From the NCBI GenBank assembly GCA_963667175.2, contig CAXXXF010000016.1:288001-352000 (forward strand): a DNA stretch of 64,000 bases, given 5' to 3'. Within the stretch, counting starts at the first letter, position 1; each line of letters begins with the position of its first letter. This DNA is from Candidatus Latescibacterota bacterium. GTDB taxonomy: Bacteria; Latescibacterota; UBA2968; GCA-2709665. A model generated the notes under the pieces. The model made no database searches and was not told the DNA's origin. It saw nothing but the letters and a program-made list of their open reading frames with translations. A program made the translations under genes and the position numbers. This document shows, in pieces, positions 18,850 through 26,925 of the stretch.

Positions 18850-18878
18850 AATTTACGATGTACGCCCGCCCGTGTCAA
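18850..18878 (-). promoter_or_regulatory. sigma70 promoter for the cohesin/FlgD gene
   Basis: Minus strand TTGACA-17 nt-TAAATT. Confidence 0.65.
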
Positions 18879-19015
18879 CAGGGAATTACGACGGTATCTT
18901 CGCAAATATCCGAAATTTCCCAACGACTGGCGCTCCCGGCCACAAGCCGATAGCAGGCGGGGCGACGCAAGGGCGTTTCTTTCAAACCACGGCGCGGCCA
19001 GGTTCCGCTCCGGAA

Positions 19016-20539
19016 TCACAGGTCGTGAACGTCGCCACTGAAATAACGTCGAATCGCATCGACGAGTCCGGAGATGCCGATTTCCCGTCCGGCGGCCTGC
19101 GCGACAACCGGGAATCCCAGATTACAGGCGGTCTCGGCAGTCGTGGGTCCAATACATGCGGCGCGGAGCGTCCGCGGCAGTTCCGCCATTCCGAATTGCT
19201 TTAATAATTCTACGCAATTTTTTGCCGCAGAGGGACTTGAAAAGACAACCAGGTCCACTTCCCTTCGATTCAGGCGCGCAACGGTCTCGCTTGAAATGTG
19301 CGAGGGCATCACGGTTCGGTAGACGACGATCTCGCACACCCGCGCCCCCTGCGCACGCAATGCGTCGGGGACTGCTTTCCGACCTATATTGCCACGGGGA
19401 ATCAGCACGCGCTGGCCGGACACGCGTATTCCCGCGAACTGTTCCGCGAGGTCGGCCGCGGTGTGCTGACACGGGCACAAATCCACCAGGAGGCCGTAAC
19501 TCCGTATCCTCTCGGCGGTGGTCTGACCGACGGCGGCGATCCGGACGTCCGACAGACTTCGGAGGTCGCCATGTCTTACACGCACCCGCCGGAGAAATCG
19601 TTCCACCGCGTTGCCGCTTGCGAATACAAGCCAGTCAACGCGGTTCAACCTGCCAATCTCCACGTCGGCGGGCGTCCAGTCCGCCGGCTCCACGATCCGG
19701 ATGGCGGGGGCCACCAGGACCTCCGCTCCCAGCCCTGTCAGCATGCCATGCAGTTCTCCGGTGTGTTCCCGGCTGCGTGTCAACAGGATACGTCGTCCAA
19801 AGAGCGGCAGCCGCTCAAACCACGGAAAGTCCGATCCGGCGACTTCACCCACCACAATTGCCGCGGGACTGGCGGCCTCTGCCCCGGCTAGCGTGCCGAG
19901 CGTGCATCGGACGGTTTTCTGGCCCGGCAACGTGCCGTCTTGCACCACTGCAACGGGTGTATCGGCCGGTCGCCCGGCCTGGATCAATCGACGGGCGACC
20001 TCGCCCCGGTTTCGCACCGCCATCAGCACCACCAGCGTCCCGCCCAGCCGGCCCAGCGCCTGCCAGTCTACCTCCGGCAGGGCGTCCAGGGACTCCCGGT
20101 GACCCGTCAGAAAGGTCACGTGGGGTGCGATCGCGCGGTGCGTAACCGGAATACCCGCGTATGCGGGCGCTGCGATTGCGCTGGTTATCCCCGGAATGAC
20201 CTCAAACCGGATGCCTGCCTCCTCCAGCGTCGCCATTTCCTCTCCACCGCGCCCGAAAACGAAGGGGTCCCCGCCCTTCAGACGCACGACGTTGAGCCCT
20301 TTTTCAGCCCTGGCGACCATCAGGCGGTTGATCCGCTCCTGCTGTCGCGCTTGCGCGCCGGGTTGCTTGCCGACGTGGATCCGTTCACAGTGCAGCGGTG
20401 CTTCATCGAGCAGTGCGGAATTCGCCAGGCTGTCGTATAGAATGACATCTGCCTGCCGGATGCGGCGAAGGGCTTTTATTGTTATCAGTTCGGGATCGCC
20501 CGGGCCCGCGCCAACGAGAAAAACAGCGCCTTCCGACAT
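19016..20539 (-). CDS. cobA: Uroporphyrinogen-III C-methyltransferase/uroporphyrinogen-III synthase fusion (CobA-HemD)
   Basis: LVGAGPGDPELIT, RLKGGDPFVFGRGGEE; C-terminal half has LFGRRILLTR, VVFSSPS, CIGPTTA. Confidence 0.95.
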   Translation of the reverse strand: MSEGAVFLVGAGPGDPELITIKALRRIRQADVILYDSLANSALLDEAPLHCERIHVGKQPGAQARQQERINRLMVARAEKGLNVVRLKGGDPFVFGRGGEEMATLEEAGIRFEVIPGITSAIAAPAYAGIPVTHRAIAPHVTFLTGHRESLDALPEVDWQALGRLGGTLVVLMAVRNRGEVARRLIQAGRPADTPVAVVQDGTLPGQKTVRCTLGTLAGAEAASPAAIVVGEVAGSDFPWFERLPLFGRRILLTRSREHTGELHGMLTGLGAEVLVAPAIRIVEPADWTPADVEIGRLNRVDWLVFASGNAVERFLRRVRVRHGDLRSLSDVRIAAVGQTTAERIRSYGLLVDLCPCQHTAADLAEQFAGIRVSGQRVLIPRGNIGRKAVPDALRAQGARVCEIVVYRTVMPSHISSETVARLNRREVDLVVFSSPSAAKNCVELLKQFGMAELPRTLRAACIGPTTAETACNLGFPVVAQAAGREIGISGLVDAIRRYFSGDVHDL

Positions 20540-20605
20540 GATCGCCCCTGGTGTTCAGTCCCGGAACCGGCTGCGCCGCAGCCACAAAGGAAAACCGACT
20601 GCCAA

Positions 20606-21526
20606 CTAATCGAGCTCGCCCAGCATCTCCTTCGCACCCCGCGCGATCAGCAATTCCGAAAGCCTCCTGCCAACGTCAATGCATCCGTCCGGATCTCCCG
20701 TCGTCCGGGCGCGGACGACCCTGCTGCCGTCCGGAACCGCCACCATCCCGTCTGCGACGAGAACCCCCTCTTGCAGACGGGCCCACGCGCCGATTGGAAC
20801 CTGACATCCGCCATCGAGTTCATCCAGCAAGGCGCGCTCGGCGCCCACCGCGAGATGGGTGGAACGATCGTGCAAACAGCCCACGGCTTCTGCCACCCGA
20901 TCGTCGCACCGCCTGACTTCGATGCCGAGTGCGCCCTGTCCGGGCGCAGGTAGAAAGCGATGTGCGGGCAGAAACTCGTCAATGCGGTGTTGCAGTCCGA
21001 GCCGGAGCAGACCCGCAGCGGCCAGGACGACGGCCTCGAATTCTCCTTCGTTCAGTTTCCGGAGGCGTGTGTCCACGTTTCCACGAATCCCTTCGACGTT
21101 CAGGTCGGGTCTGACATGCCTCAACTGCGCCTGGCGTCTCAGACTGCCCGTGCCCACCACCGCGCCTTCCGGCAGGCCCTCGAGCCGTTGACCGGCGCGG
21201 CTCAGCAGTGCGTCCCGGACGTCGACCCGCGGGCTCGTGGCCTCCAGTCGCAATCCGTCGGGCAGCCGGGTGGGAAGATCCTTCATGGAGTGGACGGCCA
21301 GGTCGATCCGCCCATCGAGAAGCGCATCCTCGATTTCTCTGGTAAAAACACGTTTGCCGCCGATCCGGGCAACGGGATCGTTCAACGCCTGGTCGCCCGT
21401 GGTCCTGATGACTTCAATGCAAACATCGAGACCGGAATACGCGTGCAGCAGCATCTTTCGGGCCCACGACGCCTGTCGGAGAGCGAGGGGGCTGCCGCGA
21501 CTGCCGATCACAAGGCGAGTCAGCAT
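20606..21526 (-). CDS. hemC: Hydroxymethylbilane synthase
   Basis: GSRGSPLAL, AVHSMKD, GTGSLRR, IRGNVDTRL, GGCQVPIG. Confidence 0.97.
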   Translation of the reverse strand: MLTRLVIGSRGSPLALRQASWARKMLLHAYSGLDVCIEVIRTTGDQALNDPVARIGGKRVFTREIEDALLDGRIDLAVHSMKDLPTRLPDGLRLEATSPRVDVRDALLSRAGQRLEGLPEGAVVGTGSLRRQAQLRHVRPDLNVEGIRGNVDTRLRKLNEGEFEAVVLAAAGLLRLGLQHRIDEFLPAHRFLPAPGQGALGIEVRRCDDRVAEAVGCLHDRSTHLAVGAERALLDELDGGCQVPIGAWARLQEGVLVADGMVAVPDGSRVVRARTTGDPDGCIDVGRRLSELLIARGAKEMLGELD

Positions 21527-22845
21527 TCGGTCTGCACCCTCTCTACGGGTGCTTCCGGCGGAGACGGTTTCACCGCGCCCGCGGGGGTCGCTTCCAGGTC
21601 GAACAGCCGGACCAGCGCGTCGACGTAATTCAATGCTTCCCCCGAATCGGCGGCTTCACGAAGCCGTACCTGGGGAGCGTGCAACAGCTTGTTCATATAA
21701 AGCCTCAGAAGGGCAGCCACCTTCTCCTGCTGGATCTCCGTGAGATCCGATAACCTGGCACGATCGAGTTCTTCTTCCAAAAGTTCCTGAAACCTTTGTC
21801 GCATGGCCACAATTGCCGGCACCACGTCCAGCGAGTTCAGCCACGAAGCGAATCCGCTTACCTCTTCGTCCACAATCTTCCGGGCCTCCTCCGCCTCACG
21901 TCTCCTTTTCTTCATGTTTGCCCCGACCACGGCCTGCAGATCGTCGATGTCATAGAGAAAGACGTTGTAGAGTGCGCCGGCTTCCGGGTCGATGTCTCTC
22001 GGTACCGCAATATCGATGAGGAACATCGCGTCGTTCCTCCTCTGCTGCATCGCCCGCGCGACCCGTGGCTTTTTCAGGATCGGGACCGTCGCGCTGGTTG
22101 AACTGATCACGATGTCGGCGCGGTGGAGGCCATCCATCGCATCCCCCCATGACATCGCCTTCCCGTTCACACGTTTCGCCAGGTCGCGCGCCCGCGCGAA
22201 CGTCCGGCTGGCCACCGTCAGCCGCCCGACCCCCTTTTCCACAAGATGTCTGGCGGTCAATTCGCTCATTTCCCCCGCGCCCAATACCAGGGCCGTCCTT
22301 TCGTCCAGACTGCCCAGGATCTTCCCGGCCAGCGCCACCGCCGCAAAACTGACGGAAACCGCGCCGTCGGCGATCTCGGTTTCCGTCCGCGCCCTTTTGG
22401 AGGCCTCGACGGCCGAACGAAACAACCGGTTGAGAATGGCGCCGCTCGTACCCGCTTGCAGCGCCTGGGCGCCCGCGTCTTTTACCTGTCCTGCAATCTG
22501 CGGCTCGCCCATGATCATCGAATCCAGCCCCGACGCCACACCCAGCAGGTGTCGGACCGCGTCCGTGTCGTTCAGGGTGAACGTGTACCCGTCCAACTCA
22601 ACCGCGTCGATCCCGCTGGTACTGCTGAAAACGCCAAGCACGCCGGCGCGCGCGTTCTCGGGATCGTCCGACACGAGGTAGACCTCGGAGCGGTTGCAGG
22701 TTGAGATTAGACTGCATTCGTTCACGGTATCGAGCGCGTGCAATCGCTTAAGGACGGACCGATGCTGCTGTTCGGAGACCGACACGCGGTCCCGGATTTC
22801 CACCGAAGCCGTCCGGTGGTTCAATCCCACGACTACGATAGACAT
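21520..22845 (-). CDS. hemA: Glutamyl-tRNA reductase
   Basis: GLNHRTA, STCNRSE, SGLDSMIMGEPQI, GAGEM, DIAVPRD. Start trimmed to ATG 22845. Confidence 0.97.
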   Translation of the reverse strand: MSIVVVGLNHRTASVEIRDRVSVSEQQHRSVLKRLHALDTVNECSLISTCNRSEVYLVSDDPENARAGVLGVFSSTSGIDAVELDGYTFTLNDTDAVRHLLGVASGLDSMIMGEPQIAGQVKDAGAQALQAGTSGAILNRLFRSAVEASKRARTETEIADGAVSVSFAAVALAGKILGSLDERTALVLGAGEMSELTARHLVEKGVGRLTVASRTFARARDLAKRVNGKAMSWGDAMDGLHRADIVISSTSATVPILKKPRVARAMQQRRNDAMFLIDIAVPRDIDPEAGALYNVFLYDIDDLQAVVGANMKKRRREAEEARKIVDEEVSGFASWLNSLDVVPAIVAMRQRFQELLEEELDRARLSDLTEIQQEKVAALLRLYMNKLLHAPQVRLREAADSGEALNYVDALVRLFDLEATPAGAVKPSPPEAPVERVQTEC

Positions 22846-23480
22846 GCCTGCACTTTCCTGTCGAGTTCGTCCCATTGTTCCCGCCGGATCAGTTCCACCG
22901 TCTCCCAATTCACCAGCCGGTCCCACACCGCCTTTCGCCGCGCGGGACTATCGGGAAACCGCGCCATCACCCGTGGACGCAACCCGGCCAGATAGTCAAC
23001 CACGCCTCCGTGTTCTCGCCCGAGAACGTCCTCGAGGCGCCGCCTGACGAGACGCGCGTACGCAGGGCTGGCTCCGGCGGTCGAAACCGCCACCTGAAAC
23101 CCGCCGCGACGCAACGTCGCGGGCACGGAAAAGTCCCCCGGGCCCATGCCGTCCGAGCGGTTCACCGGAATGTCGTTTTCGCCGGCGGCCAGCACAACCT
23201 CCTCGTTCACAGACACGCGGTCCGTGGCAGCGAAGACCAGAAACGCTCCTCTCGTGTCATTTCGATTGAATGCGCGACGTTCCAGACGCACGCGTCCGGC
23301 GGCCGCCAGGCCTTCCAGAGAGCCGCATGCGGCGGGCGCGATCACGGTCACGTCCGCGCCCGCGGCGAGCAGGCCGCGTACTTTCCGATCGGCGACGGCG
23401 CCTCCGCCTGCCACGACGCATTTCCGGTTTCGCAGATCCAGAAAGACCGGATATTCAGCCCATTTGCCCGCCATATGCAC
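22833..23480 (-). CDS. sirC: Precorrin-2 dehydrogenase/sirohydrochlorin ferrochelatase (SirC/CysG N-terminal type)
   Basis: YPVFLDL, VVAGGGAVADRK, FAATD, AVSTAGASP. Confidence 0.88.
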   Translation of the reverse strand: MHMAGKWAEYPVFLDLRNRKCVVAGGGAVADRKVRGLLAAGADVTVIAPAACGSLEGLAAAGRVRLERRAFNRNDTRGAFLVFAATDRVSVNEEVVLAAGENDIPVNRSDGMGPGDFSVPATLRRGGFQVAVSTAGASPAYARLVRRRLEDVLGREHGGVVDYLAGLRPRVMARFPDSPARRKAVWDRLVNWETVELIRREQWDELDRKVQACLS

Positions 23481-23494
23481 TCGCGCACACTAAC

Positions 23495-24322
23495 CTACTG
23501 TGCCAGAACGTGTTTACCGGGAAACAGCAAACCCATAACCGGGAACGTGAACACCACGAGGACAAATCCCAGAATGGACATGAGTGCCGCACGTTTTCCC
23601 TGCCACCCCGCAATCCTTCTGGCAGCCAGATGTCCGGCATAGACAACCCATGTAACCAACAGAACCCAGAATGCCGGTTCGCTCCAGATCCAGAGCCGGT
23701 ACATCTTCTGGTGGACCCACACGGAACTCGCGACGATGCCAGCACTCAAGAATACGAAACCGAACGAAGCCGCACGGCCGTTGGTCTGGTCGAGGGTATC
23801 CAGCGGCGGCAGACGATCATAGAAAAAGCCCAGATGTTTCTTCTGAATCTCGCCGAGCAGCATCACGTACATTGTTGCACTGACGCTGGATATGGCAAAT
23901 GCCGCATAGGCGAGAATGTAGGCGAACACGTGGAGTTTGAACCACCCTCCCGTGTGCGCCACTCTTGGCGCGTCTTCAACGCCCATGAGGTTGGAGGCGA
24001 CAACGAGGTGCAGCACGGCCACGATGGGTACGACCAGCGCGCCCAGCGAACCGCGGCAGGTTCCGAATTCCAGATAGAGAAAGACAATGACAACCAGCCA
24101 GGCGCATAATGAAGGCAGCACCTGGCTGGATAAGGGAACCTGTCCTGTTGCAATCGCCATTCTGGCCAGCAACGTACTGTGCAGCACCCAGCCCACGATA
24201 AGGCTCCAGAAACCGAGCGAGCCCCCGAGGGCCTGCTTCCTGATAAAGTGTGTTGCGTAGGCGCACGCACTGACGACGTAGGCCACTCCCGCCCCCGTCA
24301 CCAGCAGATTCTGCAACCCCAT
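23495..24322 (-). CDS. ccsA: Cytochrome c assembly CcsA/HemX-like membrane protein
   Basis: Multiple TM helices, conserved His residues, RLPPLDTLD, W-x-W-S-E-P, GWQGKRAA; lies upstream of hemA as is typical. Confidence 0.8.
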   Translation of the reverse strand: MGLQNLLVTGAGVAYVVSACAYATHFIRKQALGGSLGFWSLIVGWVLHSTLLARMAIATGQVPLSSQVLPSLCAWLVVIVFLYLEFGTCRGSLGALVVPIVAVLHLVVASNLMGVEDAPRVAHTGGWFKLHVFAYILAYAAFAISSVSATMYVMLLGEIQKKHLGFFYDRLPPLDTLDQTNGRAASFGFVFLSAGIVASSVWVHQKMYRLWIWSEPAFWVLLVTWVVYAGHLAARRIAGWQGKRAALMSILGFVLVVFTFPVMGLLFPGKHVLAQ

Positions 24323-24472
24323 AACGTCGGACCCCAAAGTGAATCGGCGCGTGAAACCGGCCTCCGCACCACGCGCCTTCGGAACCGTCTGCGGCGTCAC
24401 TCCTCATTCGCCACCGGTCGTCCGGCTGCACCAGCCAGGACCCCTTTCCCGGACCGCTGCCGGACATTGAAT

Positions 24473-25672
24473 TTACACAATCCCGTCTGCCGAATCAATC
24501 GAAATTCGGCAGTTTCCGCCCGGTGCAACGACGCCGAGGACCACGGGTCTGGAGGCGCCCGTCGCCGCGTGCAGATTGCCGGTCCGGCCTTCCACCGTCG
24601 CATTCGCGAGTACCGCAAAGGCGATGGCCTCCTTTGCCTCCGACGGCACGCCCAGCGCATCCGTCTCGCAGATATCCACACCAGGAAGGGCGCCGCCCAG
24701 CATTTCCATCAGAACCGGGTTTCGTGCGCCGCCGCCACTGACGGCCATTCTCCCGACGGGGACGACAGGCAACACGAACCTCGTTAACGCATCCGCTATA
24801 CTTCGAGCCGTAAACGCGGTCGCGGTGGCGACAAGATCCTCATCGGGCAAGCGTCCACGCCACGCCAGGACGTCCCCAACCAGCGTTGCGCCGAACGCCT
24901 CCCGTCCAGTCGACTTGGGCGGCGCCTCTCTAAGAAAGGGATGGCGCATCAATTCTGCCAGCAGTGAATCGGATACGTTTCCGGAAGCGGCGTACGAGCC
25001 ATTCTCGTCGTAGGTCAGGCGTCCGCCGGTAAGGACCTCCGTCAGCGCGTCCATCAACATGTTTCCCGGCCCCGTGTCGAATGCCAGGACGTCTTCCGTG
25101 CCGCACCCCGCGGGCAACACGGTGACGTTTGAGATTCCGCCGATATTCAGCAACACGCGACCCTCGCTTACGGACCTGAACAGTAGACAATCCACCACGG
25201 GGACGAGCGGCGCCCCCTGCCCTCCGGCCGCCATGTCGCGCGCCCGAAAATCCGCGACCGTCGTGACGCCTGTGCGCTCCGCGATCACACTTGGGTCGGC
25301 GATTTGCAACGAGGATCGCGTCGTCACACCGAACCCGCAGTATGCATCGGGCAGGTGATGCACCGTCTGCCCATGCGAACCGATGAGGTCCACGCCGGAC
25401 ATCGCCACGCCGGCCTTTCGGCACACCTTAAAGGCGGATCTGGCAAACCACTCTCCAAGAATGACATGCATCCTGCATATTTTTTCCACGTTGCCACCCT
25501 GGGGCTCTGATACTTCAAGGATCTCTCTTCGCATTTCCCGCGGGTACGGCAATTCGGAAAACGCGACCAGCCGAACCCCGAATTCCGGACGCCCGACGTC
25601 GACGAGGGCCGCGTCGACCCCATCGGCTGACGTACCCGACATGAGCCCGATCACCCTGCGAAACGCGCTCAC
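24473..25672 (-). CDS. anmK: Anhydro-N-acetylmuramic acid kinase
   Basis: GLMSGTSADGVD, GSHGQT, DFRARDMAAGGQGAPL, NIGGISN, FDTGPGN, PKSTGRE, KEAIAFA. Probable GTG start at 25672 after GGAGGA. Confidence 0.96.
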   Translation of the reverse strand: MSAFRRVIGLMSGTSADGVDAALVDVGRPEFGVRLVAFSELPYPREMRREILEVSEPQGGNVEKICRMHVILGEWFARSAFKVCRKAGVAMSGVDLIGSHGQTVHHLPDAYCGFGVTTRSSLQIADPSVIAERTGVTTVADFRARDMAAGGQGAPLVPVVDCLLFRSVSEGRVLLNIGGISNVTVLPAGCGTEDVLAFDTGPGNMLMDALTEVLTGGRLTYDENGSYAASGNVSDSLLAELMRHPFLREAPPKSTGREAFGATLVGDVLAWRGRLPDEDLVATATAFTARSIADALTRFVLPVVPVGRMAVSGGGARNPVLMEMLGGALPGVDICETDALGVPSEAKEAIAFAVLANATVEGRTGNLHAATGASRPVVLGVVAPGGNCRISIDSADGIV

Positions 25673-25869
25673 GCACGATCCTCCATTCTTCATTGGTGAC
25701 GTCCGGACGACTTGACGTTCATCAGTCGGGAGGTGCCTTCCGCGATGCGAACCGATAGCCGAGCCGGCGCGATACCTGCCTTGACGCCGATGTTTTTCAG
25801 CGTGGTTCGAAACGGGACCCCGTCCGTCCCGGCGCGGATCAGACCCGACCCATGGGCTGCGGCGTCCGG

Positions 25870-26925
25870 TCAACGCGTACCCGAGCCGATATCCATGTCC
25901 GACGCCCTGCGCACTCCGCCAAGGAAATATCGGAAACCGACCGCACCGCGGTAGACCTTTTCGAAGACCTCCCGGTCGGCAACCACGCGCACCCGTTGCG
26001 CGTCTCTCCGTCGACGCAGTATCGCCACCGGGTGAAACAATACCCACAAAAGACCGCAAAGCGCCGCCGCCGGCCGCATCCAGTCACGCTTCACAATACC
26101 GAGCAGTACAGTACCCAGTTCCATCAGGACTCGCGCCGGAAACACCCATGCCAGCGAGAGCGCGGACAGGTTCTTCAACACCATCACCAACTGATTCCTG
26201 TGGTTCAGATATGCCTTCCTGAAAGCCTTCGCATCCAGAGACCAGCCACCATAGTGATAGACCAGCGACTCCGGAACGGATTTCACTTTGTACCCCACGA
26301 GATGGAAACGCCAGCACAGGTCGATTTCCTCCATGTGCATATAAAACCCCTCGTCCATGAGTCCGGTTTTCCTCAGGCATCGCACCCGAAGGAACATGGC
26401 GCCGCCAACCGCCCAGAAAATGTCCCGAGATCGATCGTACTGACCACGATCCTCCTCGACCGTTTGAAACAGCCGGCCCAGACAGAAGGTGTATCCGAGC
26501 ATGTCCATCATCCCGCCCGCAGCCCCGCCGTAGTCGAATTTTCCGCGTTCACGAAGCGACCGCACCTTGGGTTGGCACACGCCTAGCTGCGGGTCGGCTT
26601 CCATTGCGGCCAACAGCGGCGGCAACCAGCCATCGGCGACTTCGACGTCGTTATTCAATAGCAGCGCATATTCTCCGCGCGCCACCTCCAGCCCGCGGTT
26701 GCAACCCGCACCCATACCCTTCCCGCCCCCTACGCTCACGACGCGGATCCCGGGAAACCGCGCCTGCGCACGCTGAAGGCTTCCGTCGTCGTACGGTCGG
26801 TCGTCGGCGACGATGACCTCGAAAGGCACGCCGGTCGTTCTCGAATACAGAAAATCCAGGCACTTCACGAGTACGTCCCCCAGAAAATGCGGCACGATCA
26901 CAGACACCACGGTGTCAGTGGCCAT
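25870..26925 (-). CDS. Glycosyltransferase family 2
   Basis: SVIVP, LLNNDVEV, YGGAAGG, FYMHMEEIDLCWR; overlaps the DUF2723 stop. Confidence 0.92.
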   Translation of the reverse strand: MATDTVVSVIVPHFLGDVLVKCLDFLYSRTTGVPFEVIVADDRPYDDGSLQRAQARFPGIRVVSVGGGKGMGAGCNRGLEVARGEYALLLNNDVEVADGWLPPLLAAMEADPQLGVCQPKVRSLRERGKFDYGGAAGGMMDMLGYTFCLGRLFQTVEEDRGQYDRSRDIFWAVGGAMFLRVRCLRKTGLMDEGFYMHMEEIDLCWRFHLVGYKVKSVPESLVYHYGGWSLDAKAFRKAYLNHRNQLVMVLKNLSALSLAWVFPARVLMELGTVLLGIVKRDWMRPAAALCGLLWVLFHPVAILRRRRDAQRVRVVADREVFEKVYRGAVGFRYFLGGVRRASDMDIGSGTR

